From positions 90,001 through 122,000 of the forward strand of contig JBAZYG010000001.1 in NCBI GenBank assembly GCA_041659445.1: a stretch of 32,000 nt of DNA, in the 5' to 3' direction. The number at the start of each line of letters is the position of its first letter. Position 1 is the stretch's first letter. This DNA comes from Candidatus Saccharimonadota bacterium (lineage in GTDB: Archaea; Nanobdellota; Nanobdellia; Pacearchaeales; GW2011-AR1). The position numbers and the translations under genes are program-made. Shown here piece after piece: positions 15,315 to 23,050 of the stretch. Below the pieces are notes generated by a model, which worked only from the letters and a program-made list of their open reading frames with translations, ran no database searches and had not been told where the DNA came from.

Positions 15315-15319
15315 TTTTT
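15315..15319 (+). terminator. Oligo-T terminator after tRNA-Lys
   Basis: TTTTT follows the discriminator base directly. Archaeal RNAP terminates at oligo-T tracts. Confidence 0.4.
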
Positions 15320-15359
15320 AATTTATTAAAAAATAATTAAGATAATTTCAAACAACAAT

Positions 15360-15370
15360 CTTTAAATATT
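15360..15370 (+). promoter_or_regulatory. TATA-box-like element (CTTTAAATATT)
   Basis: Centred about 26 nt upstream of ATG 15391. Confidence 0.45.
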
Positions 15371-15390
15371 CATAATTATAATAATTATTC

Positions 15391-15657
15391 ATGAAAGAAA
15401 GAGTGGCAATAATTTCAGCTGTTTCTGAACTTTTAAATTATAGAAAGAACTATCCAAAAGCACTGAAGCAAGAATTAATTAGAAGTGTTAGTAAAGTAAT
15501 TTCTAGAGAAAGAAAACAAGATGTTAAAGTAGGAATGGTTGCTGCGACTTCACGAGCTGCAGATTTAATTGAAGAAAATAAAGGTATAAGCGATAGAGAA
15601 GTTTTGAAAATAATTATGCAAGAAATGCCTAAATTTATTTCTGTAATGGAAGAATAA
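15391..15657 (+). CDS. Hypothetical protein (88 aa)
   Basis: ORF with a canonical TATA box. No motif recognised. Confidence 0.45.
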   Translation: MKERVAIISAVSELLNYRKNYPKALKQELIRSVSKVISRERKQDVKVGMVAATSRAADLIEENKGISDREVLKIIMQEMPKFISVMEE

Positions 15658-15687
15658 ATTTAAAAATAAAACAGATATTCTATTAAT

Positions 15688-16263
15688 ATGGTTGTTTCAA
15701 AAGAGGAAAAAAAGAATTTTAAAGAAATGTATAAGGCAGGATATGATTATGGGAAAAAGCAAACTCGAACTTCTTTGTCAGATAATTTATATTTAGTTGA
15801 ACAAATTCTTAAGCGTGAAAACATAAAACAACCTTCAAGTCTTGGACAAGCAAGAGCTCTTTTAAATTCAACATTAGATATTTGTTCTAAATATGGTTAT
15901 AATAGTATTGCAATTGATGCAGCATTACTATATGAAAAAATTGGGTTGGGAAAATCCTTTTCATATGTCAAAAAAAAATTAATTGAAGCAAATGATAAAA
16001 ATTTATCTTTAGGACATAATGTTAATCCCTATTTCGATGAAAAGTTTAAAGATTTTCTTAAAAGAAATTCAGATAATTCTTCAAATCTCGAGGGAAAAGT
16101 AATTTCTTCTATTTTTGGAATTTGTGCTTTGGCTGGAATTTATTTTGGAATTTCTGGAATGACTGGCGCTGCAATTGGATTAACAAAAGCATCGTCTAGC
16201 TTTTTAGGTGTTTTATTATTTGTCGGCGGAATTGCTGGTTTGTTTTTTTCTTTAAAGAAATAA
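15688..16263 (+). CDS. Hypothetical protein with C-terminal double TM anchor
   Basis: 191 aa. Soluble N-terminal domain, then two Gly-rich hydrophobic helices (ISSIFGICALAGIYFGISG; FLGVLLFVGGIAGLFFSL) ending in KK. Confidence 0.5.
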   Translation: MVVSKEEKKNFKEMYKAGYDYGKKQTRTSLSDNLYLVEQILKRENIKQPSSLGQARALLNSTLDICSKYGYNSIAIDAALLYEKIGLGKSFSYVKKKLIEANDKNLSLGHNVNPYFDEKFKDFLKRNSDNSSNLEGKVISSIFGICALAGIYFGISGMTGAAIGLTKASSSFLGVLLFVGGIAGLFFSLKK

Positions 16264-16270
16264 TTAATAA

Positions 16271-16801
16271 TCAATCAAAACCTTTGGTATATTTTTTAAA
16301 TATTTTTTCATCTAAAAGTCCTTTTGAAAGAAGTTGAATTATTTTTTCGTCTCTTTCTTTTTCTGAATAAATTTTATATCCTTTAGGCAATATACTTTTA
16401 TCTAATTCAGGAAGTTTTGGACCTAATGAAATTTTTTCATTTAATGTTTTTCCATTCATTGGAAAAATTAAACTATTTGAAAGATCAATTCGATAAAATT
16501 CTTTCCAAAAACATCCAAAGGGAATCCTTCTCGTAATAATGTATCTCACAGCAATATTGTTTGCTTTTATATTTTTTGGAATATTTTTTTCTCTAATTTT
16601 TTCATATTGTTTTAATAAAAATTCAAATAAAAGATAATTTCTTCCAGAATTTAAAATTTTAAGAGAATTTTCATCCCATATTTTTTCAATTATAATTTTA
16701 GAATTTTCTTCTGATAATTCTTTAAATCTAAGATTGTTAAAAGCTCCATAAAATTCATTAATTTTTAGAAAATTTGTATTTATTAAACTAGTTTTTTGCA
16801 T
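16271..16801 (-). CDS. Hypothetical protein, member of a tandem paralogue pair
   Basis: 176 aa. Shares YGAFN, FGC, SLIFP.N, LGP.LPE and IY..KER blocks in the same order with the adjacent 16833..17396 product. Confidence 0.5.
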   Translation of the reverse strand: MQKTSLINTNFLKINEFYGAFNNLRFKELSEENSKIIIEKIWDENSLKILNSGRNYLLFEFLLKQYEKIREKNIPKNIKANNIAVRYIITRRIPFGCFWKEFYRIDLSNSLIFPMNGKTLNEKISLGPKLPELDKSILPKGYKIYSEKERDEKIIQLLSKGLLDEKIFKKYTKGFD

Positions 16802-16832
16802 ATTTTTCTAAAGATATATTTCTTTTTAAGAA

Positions 16833-17396
16833 TTATTGTACTGTGTTTATATCTTTTAAATACTCTAAAATTTCTTTTTCTAGATTTTTATTTCCAGCAT
16901 ATAAATTTTTCAATTGTTCAAATCTTTCTTTTCCTCTATAAATTTTAAAATTTTCAATTTCAGGCAGTATTGGTCCCAAATAAAATTCTCCTTTTAAAAA
17001 TAAGTTATTTACAGGGAAAATTAAACTAGATTCTTTAAATCTTAAAATTGTGTCATCTTCGTCAGAAAGAGATTTAAAAGGGCTTTTTTTTGTTAAAGCA
17101 TATCTAAATAAATGCATTGAATTTTCTATTGGTGCTTCCATTCCCTTACATCCAAAATTCATATGCCAAATCATTCTGAACCTCATTAAATTATAATCTT
17201 GTTCAAATGTTTCATTATCCCATAAATTATTAAGAAATTTTTGAGATTCTTCTAGAGACATTAATTTAAATCCTTGCTTATTGAATGCACCATAAGTTTC
17301 GCTTTTTAAATATCCTTTTTGAAAAATTTTTTTATAATCAAACAATTCTATTTTATCAGATTTTTCTTCTTTTTTTAATTGAATTATTTTTCTCAT
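16833..17396 (-). CDS. Hypothetical protein, member of a tandem paralogue pair
   Basis: 187 aa. Same conserved blocks as 16271..16801: TYGAFN, NFGC, SSLIFPVN, YLGPILPE, IYRGKER. Confidence 0.5.
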   Translation of the reverse strand: MRKIIQLKKEEKSDKIELFDYKKIFQKGYLKSETYGAFNKQGFKLMSLEESQKFLNNLWDNETFEQDYNLMRFRMIWHMNFGCKGMEAPIENSMHLFRYALTKKSPFKSLSDEDDTILRFKESSLIFPVNNLFLKGEFYLGPILPEIENFKIYRGKERFEQLKNLYAGNKNLEKEILEYLKDINTVQ

Positions 17397-17440
17397 TGTG
17401 TTTAAAAAATCAAGTTCTTTATAAGAATTACTATAAAAAA

Positions 17441-17749
17441 TTATCTATATTCTCTGTGAGTGTGTCCGCATTTTAGACATTTAAAGAATTTTGTTTCTGA
17501 TTCATCTGAGGCTCGTGTTTGAACTGTCCAAAAATAAGCTTTGTCGTGTCCACATTTTGGGCATTTTTCGTTGACAATTGGCATTACCTCAGATACGTTC
17601 TTTTTTATAAAAGGAATTTCTTTTTTTTCAGTTATTTTTTCAGATGTTGCTATTTTTGTTCTGCTTTTTGCAGAATAATTACATCTAGGGCATCCATCGT
17701 TCTTTCTTTTTTGAACTAAGACAGCACCACATTTTGGGCAAAATTCCAT
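17441..17749 (-). CDS. tfs: Transcription factor S (TFS; TFIIS/RpoM-like cleavage factor)
   Basis: 102 aa. N-terminal zinc ribbon CPKCG...CPRC. C-terminal TFIIS-type ribbon CPKCGHDKAYFWTVQTRASDESETKFFKCLKCGH carries the acidic hairpin QTRASDE. Confidence 0.85.
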   Translation of the reverse strand: MEFCPKCGAVLVQKRKNDGCPRCNYSAKSRTKIATSEKITEKKEIPFIKKNVSEVMPIVNEKCPKCGHDKAYFWTVQTRASDESETKFFKCLKCGHTHREYR

Positions 17750-17767
17750 TTTAAACCTATACTATAA

Positions 17768-17780
17768 TTGTTTAAAAATG
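17768..17780 (-). promoter_or_regulatory. TATA-box-like element (minus strand CATTTTTAAACAA)
   Basis: Centred about 25 nt upstream of the tfs ATG (17749). Confidence 0.4.
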
Positions 17781-17791
17781 TTTGGAAAAAT

Positions 17792-18433
17792 CTAATTCTC
17801 TTCACAGAAGCCTTTTTCATAAGATAATTTTTGATGTTCGTAAAATATTAATTTCATCCAGCCAATATAAGGAATAAGTTTTACAGAGGCTTTTCCAATT
17901 ATTTGTTCTTCTGTAATTTCTTTTTCTATTGACAATTGTCCGTTGTTGTTATCTCCCATTGTTGAAAAAACAAGTCCCTCAGGTGTTTCCTTGATTGAAA
18001 TTATTCTGTGAATTATTGGATTTCTATAACCTGCTTCAAATATTATGACATCACCAACTTTTAATTTTTCAGGTTTTTTTCCAACTGCAAATAAAACATC
18101 GCCCTTGTCAAATCCTTTTTTTAATGGAAAATCTAAAAATTCGTTTTTTGTTATAAATACACTATTATATTTTGTTTCATGATTTTGCCACCAGTTTTCT
18201 GTATTTGAAAAAATATTTCCTGAATGATACATTGAACATGACTCAACAATTACCAACGGTAAATCTGTTCCTGTTGAAAGTTCTAGTAATGGGAAAAACA
18301 CAAATTTAATTATAATGAATAAAAAAATCAAGGAAATTATCCATCCTTTGAAACTATTATCTTTCCAAACAATAAACCAAAATCTTTTCCAAAATTTTTT
18401 GAATTTTTTCCAGTTTTCTCCTCTTTCTTTCAT
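17792..18433 (-). CDS. Signal peptidase I, archaeal/Sec11 (S26B) type
   Basis: 213 aa. N-terminal TM helix, catalytic-Ser block VESCSMYHSG, GDVIIF, His block PIIHRII, and MGDNN. Confidence 0.75.
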   Translation of the reverse strand: MKERGENWKKFKKFWKRFWFIVWKDNSFKGWIISLIFLFIIIKFVFFPLLELSTGTDLPLVIVESCSMYHSGNIFSNTENWWQNHETKYNSVFITKNEFLDFPLKKGFDKGDVLFAVGKKPEKLKVGDVIIFEAGYRNPIIHRIISIKETPEGLVFSTMGDNNNGQLSIEKEITEEQIIGKASVKLIPYIGWMKLIFYEHQKLSYEKGFCEEN

Positions 18434-18530
18434 AAATAAATTATGTCAAAAGGGTTTTTAAGTTGTGCGGATTTTGTTTATTCAAAAAGTCTTATAAATA
18501 GAATTTTCTTTAAAATAACGGAGGTGTTAA

Positions 18531-18725
18531 ATGAGAAAAAACTTTTTAGATTGGATAGCATTAATCTTAGTTATAATCGGTGGTATTAACTGGGGATTAG
18601 TTGGAATATTTAATTTTGATTTAGTTAATTGGCTTTTTAGCTCAATTGCCTGGCTTCAAAATTTAATATACATTCTAGTCGGTGTTTCTGCATTATATCT
18701 AATATCCTTCTTTTTTAGGGATTAG
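18531..18725 (+). CDS. DUF378-family small membrane protein
   Basis: 64 aa, two TM helices. IALILVIIGGINWGLVGIFNFDLV matches the DUF378 signature as I recall it. GGAGGTG Shine-Dalgarno at 18520-18526. Confidence 0.65.
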   Translation: MRKNFLDWIALILVIIGGINWGLVGIFNFDLVNWLFSSIAWLQNLIYILVGVSALYLISFFFRD

Positions 18726-18808
18726 GTAAATTAATTTTATTTTATTTTTATTTCTTAGAATTTTTATTTTTTATTCTTAAAGGAAAAATTGTATTTTTTG
18801 AATATAAA

Positions 18809-18819
18809 TCTTTAAAAAG
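18809..18819 (+). promoter_or_regulatory. TATA-box-like element (TCTTTAAAAAG)
   Basis: Centred about 27 nt upstream of ATG 18841. Confidence 0.45.
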
Positions 18820-18840
18820 AATTATTTTATTAATTTTTTT

Positions 18841-19353
18841 ATGAAGAATAATAGAAAATCAAAACTTGAAGGGGCAATAAGATTGCCTAGTTCAGGTGAG
18901 ATATTTGAACATGATAATTGTGATGTTGAAACAAGTGTTTTAATTGATTTATTAGAAGAATCTGAAGAAAAGAAACTTTCAATGGATACTAAAGTAATAT
19001 TTACGAAAGAATTTTTAAATCTTCGTAAAATTCCAGATAATTATTCAAATCTTGAATCTTATTTGCAATATAAGGAACAAATTATTTCTGTTAAAGGACT
19101 TCATGATTTATATGAAAAATTTTATCATAGGGAATACACTCCAGAAGGAGAAAAAGAAAGATTTGAATTTGAAATGGAAGATTTTGAAAAGCAAGCTCAA
19201 AAAAGATCAGCTTGGGGTTTTTATAGTGCTCAAGTAAGATATTCTAATGAAATTGAGGAAGAAAGAAAGGCTTTTGGAAAAGAAGGTAAAAAAGGATTAG
19301 AAAAATTAAAAGAAAAAAAATCAAAACAGTCTAATCATTTAATTATTGGATAA
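18841..19353 (+). CDS. Hypothetical protein (170 aa)
   Basis: ORF with a canonical TATA box. Charged and helical in appearance. No motif recognised. Confidence 0.45.
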   Translation: MKNNRKSKLEGAIRLPSSGEIFEHDNCDVETSVLIDLLEESEEKKLSMDTKVIFTKEFLNLRKIPDNYSNLESYLQYKEQIISVKGLHDLYEKFYHREYTPEGEKERFEFEMEDFEKQAQKRSAWGFYSAQVRYSNEIEEERKAFGKEGKKGLEKLKEKKSKQSNHLIIG

Positions 19354-19361
19354 ATAAAAAC

Positions 19362-19370
19362 ATTTAAATA
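19362..19370 (+). promoter_or_regulatory. TATA-box-like element (ATTTAAATA)
   Basis: Centred about 27 nt upstream of ATG 19393. Confidence 0.45.
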
Positions 19371-19392
19371 GTGTATATATTTATGTATACAC
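19371..19392. promoter_or_regulatory. Inverted repeat GTGTATA-N8-TATACAC between TATA box and start codon; candidate operator
   Basis: A perfect 7-bp inverted repeat fills the TATA-to-ATG interval of the AbrB-like regulator gene. This is the position where archaeal repressors typically block RNAP recruitment. Confidence 0.35.
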
Positions 19393-19878
19393 ATGATGGA
19401 TATATTTGAACATCCTATACTTTGCAATGAATGTGGAAAACCTATGAAAGATTTTCTTGTTTCTAAAAATGGATTTAATTTAAGAATTAAAAAATGTGAG
19501 AAATGTAATTTAACTGCAATTCACCCACAAGATAAAGTTGAATATGAAAATTTTATGAGATTAAAGCAAAAAGAATATTCTGTGAAAATGAGAATGGTTG
19601 GAAATTCTTATGCTGTTTCAATACCAAGGGAGATTGTTGATTTTATGAAAGAGCAAGAAAGGATGATTGATAATATGGTTAAATTATCTTTTGAAGAATC
19701 TGGAAGATTGAAATTAATGTTTAACACACCTGAATCAAATGAAAATTCAAATTCAAGAATAATTAAAGCAAAAGAAGTAAAAATTATGAAAAATGGAAAA
19801 GTTTTTCACGCTCAACAATTTTCAGATTCAGCACATCCTGAAAGAAATAAAACAATAATTAAAAGAAAAGAAGATTAA
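19393..19878 (+). CDS. Zinc-ribbon plus AbrB/SpoVT-like DNA-binding domain protein
   Basis: 161 aa. CNECGKP...CEKCN ribbon, then MRMVGNSYAVSIPREIVDFM, which matches the swapped-hairpin AbrB/MazE/SpoVT motif (vG.S..v.IPkei...). Confidence 0.6.
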   Translation: MMDIFEHPILCNECGKPMKDFLVSKNGFNLRIKKCEKCNLTAIHPQDKVEYENFMRLKQKEYSVKMRMVGNSYAVSIPREIVDFMKEQERMIDNMVKLSFEESGRLKLMFNTPESNENSNSRIIKAKEVKIMKNGKVFHAQQFSDSAHPERNKTIIKRKED

Positions 19879-19896
19879 AATTTAAAAATGAATATT

Positions 19897-19930
19897 CCAT
19901 CCCACCAACCAATCCCCCAACCACTCACCC
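19897..19930 (-). other. C-rich, G-free tract (G-rich on minus strand)
   Basis: CCATCCCACCAACCAATCCCCCAACCACTCACCC has 21 C and 0 G in 34 nt. Lies 19 nt after the stop of the upstream gene and 53 nt before the cdc48 ATG. Confidence 0.45.
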
Positions 19931-19982
19931 TAAAATCAAATTCAATAAAAAATTTAAAATTAAATTCAAATAAAAAATAAAA

Positions 19983-22322
19983 ATGGCAAAAACAGAAAAT
20001 CCAAAAATTGAACTTAAAGTAGTCGAAGCTTTGCAAGACGATGCGTATAAAGGAATTGCAAGAATTGATTCTGAAATTATGAGAAAACTTAATTTGCGAA
20101 GAGGAGATGTCATAACAATAAAAGGTCAAAGAGAAACTGTTGCGATTGTTGATAGAGCATATCCTGCGGATGTTGGAGAAAAAATTGTCCGAATCGACGG
20201 TATTTTAAGAAAAAACGCAAGAGTTGGTATTGGAGATGTTGTTACAATAAATACTTGTGAATTTAAAGAAGCAAAAAAAGTTACAATTGCTCCTGCGCAA
20301 AAAGGTATTATGGTTCAAGGAGATCCTGATGGTTTACGACGAGGATTATTAGGACGGGCAATTATGAAAGGAGATTTAGTTGTATTAGGTGGAGTTCAAA
20401 GAAGAAAAGATTTAATGAGTGAGGAATTTGGAGACATGGGAGATATTTTTGGAAATTTAAGCGACATTTTAGGAGGAATGGGTTTTGGAAATTTGGGAGG
20501 AAGTTTTTCTCAAATAAAATTTTTAGTTGTGAATGCTACTCCAAATGGTCCGGTTATCATTAGCGAGAATACAGAAGTAACTTTGAATCCTAAGGCTGTT
20601 GAAATTTCTGAAGAAAAAATACCAGACATCACCTATGAAGATATTGGGGGCTTGAAAGAAGAGATAAGAAAAATTCGGGAAATGGTTGAGATTCCTATGA
20701 AGCATCCGGAAATTTTTAATAAATTAGGAATTGAACCACCAAAAGGAGTTTTATTGCATGGTCCTCCTGGAACAGGTAAAACACTTTTAGCTAAAGCAGT
20801 TGCAAATGAATCAGATGCACATTTTATTTTATTAAATGGTCCAGAAATTATGTCAAAATTTTATGGAGAATCAGAAAAAAAAATTAGAGATATTTTTGAT
20901 GATGCTGAAAAAAATGCACCATCAATTATTTTTATCGACGAAATTGATGCAATTGCTCCAAAAAGAGAAGAAGTAACAGGAGAAGTTGAAAGAAGAGTTG
21001 TTTCACAAATGTTAACTGCATTAGATGGTTTGAACACAAGAGGAAAAGTTATTGTTATCGGCGCAACAAATAGAATTAATGCACTTGATTCTGCTTTAAG
21101 ACGTCCAGGAAGATTTGATAGGGAAATTGAAATTAATGTTCCAGATAAAGAAGGAAGACTTGCAATTTTGAAAATTCATACTCGTGGAATGCCTTTGAAA
21201 GATGTTAAATTAGTTGAACTTGCGGGAATGACTCATGGTTTTGTCGGCGCTGATTTAGAAGCGTTGTCAAAAGAAGCTGCAATGAATGTTCTTAGAAAAC
21301 ATTTGCCTGAAATGAAATTAGATGATAATGAAATTCCAAAAGAAGTTTTAGAAAAATTAATTGTTAAATATGATGATTTTATTGACGCTTTGAAAGTTGT
21401 TCGTCCTTCAGCTATGAGAGAAGTTTTAGTTGAAACTCCAACTTTGGGCTGGGATGACGTCGGTGGATTAGAAGATATTAAAAGAGATTTAAAAGAAGCT
21501 GTTGAATGGCCTTTGAAATATCCTGAAAGTTTTAAGAGAATGGGAATTAGACCTGCAAGAGGAATTTTACTTTATGGTCCTCCTGGAACAGGTAAAACAC
21601 TTTTAGCTAAAGCAGTTGCAAAAGAATCTGAATCAAATTTTATTCAAGTGAAAGGGCCTTCATTATTGAGTATGTGGGTTGGAAAATCTGAAGAAGGAGT
21701 TAGAAAAATTTTTGAGAGAGCAAGACAAGTTGCACCTTGTATTATTTTCTTCGACGAACTTGATTCATTAGCTGGAAAAAGAGGACAAGATATTGGGGGA
21801 ACAAGGGTTACTGAAAGAGTTTTAAATCAATTACTTGCTGAAATGGATGGGTTGGAAGATTTGAATGATGTTTTAATTATTGGAGCAACAAATCGTCCAG
21901 ATATGATTGATCCTGCAATTTTACGTCCAGGGAGATTTGATAAAATACTTTTAGTTAGTGCACCTGAAGAAAAAGGAAGAGAAAATGTTTTGAGTATTCA
22001 TACTAAAAAAATGCCTTTAGGAGAAAAAAATAAAGAATTTACAAAAGAAGAAAGAGAAAGCTTCTTGAAAGAAATTGCTAAAAAAACAGATGGTTACAGT
22101 GGTGCTGATTTAGAAGCTATTGCTCGTGAAGCTGCAATGCTTTCGTTAAGAGAAGATATTGACGCAAAAATTGTAACTAGAAAACATTTTGAAAAAGCTT
22201 TGGATAAATTCAAACCAAGTATAACAAAAGCAACAATTGATACTTACAAAAAAATTGAAGAAAATTTCTTAAAATCTGCAAAAGCTGCAATTACTAACGG
22301 TAGTGGAAGTTATTTAGGATAA
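19983..22322 (+). CDS. cdc48: Cdc48/VCP/VAT-type AAA+ ATPase (N domain + D1 + D2)
   Basis: 779 aa. Cdc48 N-domain ([23 protein letters not shown]). Two AAA modules, each with [15 protein letters not shown] Walker A and a Walker B (IIFIDEIDA; IIFFDELDS). Second-region-of-homology arginines (RPGRFD) occur twice. Confidence 0.95.
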   Translation: MAKTENPKIELKVVEALQDDAYKGIARIDSEIMRKLNLRRGDVITIKGQRETVAIVDRAYPADVGEKIVRIDGILRKNARVGIGDVVTINTCEFKEAKKVTIAPAQKGIMVQGDPDGLRRGLLGRAIMKGDLVVLGGVQRRKDLMSEEFGDMGDIFGNLSDILGGMGFGNLGGSFSQIKFLVVNATPNGPVIISENTEVTLNPKAVEISEEKIPDITYEDIGGLKEEIRKIREMVEIPMKHPEIFNKLGIEPPKGVLLHGPPGTGKTLLAKAVANESDAHFILLNGPEIMSKFYGESEKKIRDIFDDAEKNAPSIIFIDEIDAIAPKREEVTGEVERRVVSQMLTALDGLNTRGKVIVIGATNRINALDSALRRPGRFDREIEINVPDKEGRLAILKIHTRGMPLKDVKLVELAGMTHGFVGADLEALSKEAAMNVLRKHLPEMKLDDNEIPKEVLEKLIVKYDDFIDALKVVRPSAMREVLVETPTLGWDDVGGLEDIKRDLKEAVEWPLKYPESFKRMGIRPARGILLYGPPGTGKTLLAKAVAKESESNFIQVKGPSLLSMWVGKSEEGVRKIFERARQVAPCIIFFDELDSLAGKRGQDIGGTRVTERVLNQLLAEMDGLEDLNDVLIIGATNRPDMIDPAILRPGRFDKILLVSAPEEKGRENVLSIHTKKMPLGEKNKEFTKEERESFLKEIAKKTDGYSGADLEAIAREAAMLSLREDIDAKIVTRKHFEKALDKFKPSITKATIDTYKKIEENFLKSAKAAITNGSGSYLG

Positions 22323-22354
22323 CCTGTTATTTATTAGTAGTAACAAAATGAAAA

Positions 22355-22365
22355 GATTTAAATAG
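22355..22365 (+). promoter_or_regulatory. TATA-box-like element (GATTTAAATAG)
   Basis: Centred about 26 nt upstream of ATG 22386. Confidence 0.45.
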
Positions 22366-22385
22366 TAATTCTTGTTTAAATTTTT

Positions 22386-23045
22386 ATGATAAAATCAACT
22401 GAACTTCCTGCTTATGCAAGAACAAATGAATCGCTTCCTTCAATTGTAAATCTTTTAAATCCAAGCCCAGAAGATAATATTTTAGCAATTGGAGGTTCAG
22501 GAGATCAAGCTTTTGCATTGTTGAAAGATGGGGTAAAAATTGATGTTATTGAATATAATTTGGATCAATTAAATTTAATTAATAAAAGAATTAATTATTT
22601 GAGAGAAGATGACATTGAAGATTTTTTGATTGTTCGTCCAGCAAGTATCAAAGAAAGAATTTTTTCAAAAGAATATTTCAAAAAAGGAAGAATTAAAAAA
22701 GTTAAAAGAAATCTTGAAAATTTGTCTATTTTAGAACCACAAAGTATTTTTTCAATGAGTGAAGAACAATTAAGTAAATATAATAAATTTTATTTGTCAA
22801 ATGCATTGGAACATATTAAAAGTTATAATAATGATAAAAATAATAAACCTTTTAAACCAGAATCAGAATCCCTTAGAGATTTTTCTAAAAAATTGAAAAA
22901 AGATTCTTTAATATGTGTTGTAGCTAATAATCAAAGTTTTGCGATTAAAAAATACAAGGAAATTGAAGAATTGTCTTTTGAAAAACAAATTTCTTTTGCC
23001 TATGGTGGAGATAATTGGGGGTATATGTTATTTCGTGTTAATTAA
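22386..23045 (+). CDS. Hypothetical protein, possibly Rossmann-fold (methyltransferase-like)
   Basis: 219 aa. ILAIGGSGDQAFALLKDGVKIDVIEYN looks like a beta-strand/Gly-loop/acidic-residue nucleotide-binding motif. Nothing more specific was recognised. Confidence 0.4.
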   Translation: MIKSTELPAYARTNESLPSIVNLLNPSPEDNILAIGGSGDQAFALLKDGVKIDVIEYNLDQLNLINKRINYLREDDIEDFLIVRPASIKERIFSKEYFKKGRIKKVKRNLENLSILEPQSIFSMSEEQLSKYNKFYLSNALEHIKSYNNDKNNKPFKPESESLRDFSKKLKKDSLICVVANNQSFAIKKYKEIEELSFEKQISFAYGGDNWGYMLFRVN

Positions 23046-23050
23046 ACAAA

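Noticed and set aside
19938-19978. 24-nt-period A/T direct repeat as a CRISPR-like or tandem-repeat element
   Set aside because: There are only two imperfect copies of low-complexity A/T sequence. This is consistent with promoter or AT-rich spacer DNA. No repeat-spacer organisation exists anywhere in the window.
19897-19982. Replication origin (ORB/mini-ORB with G-string plus AT-rich unwinding element) upstream of cdc48
   Set aside because: The tract begins TTCCA and contains a C5 run next to pure A/T DNA, which superficially recalls ORB elements. However, there is no dyad (TTCCA..TGGAA), no repeated inverted ORB copies and no orc1/cdc6 gene nearby.
19875-20129. Minus-strand ORFs of 84 and 62 aa across the C-rich tract and the cdc48 start
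   Set aside because: They are open only because the G-rich minus strand lacks stops. They overlap the highly confident cdc48 N-terminus.
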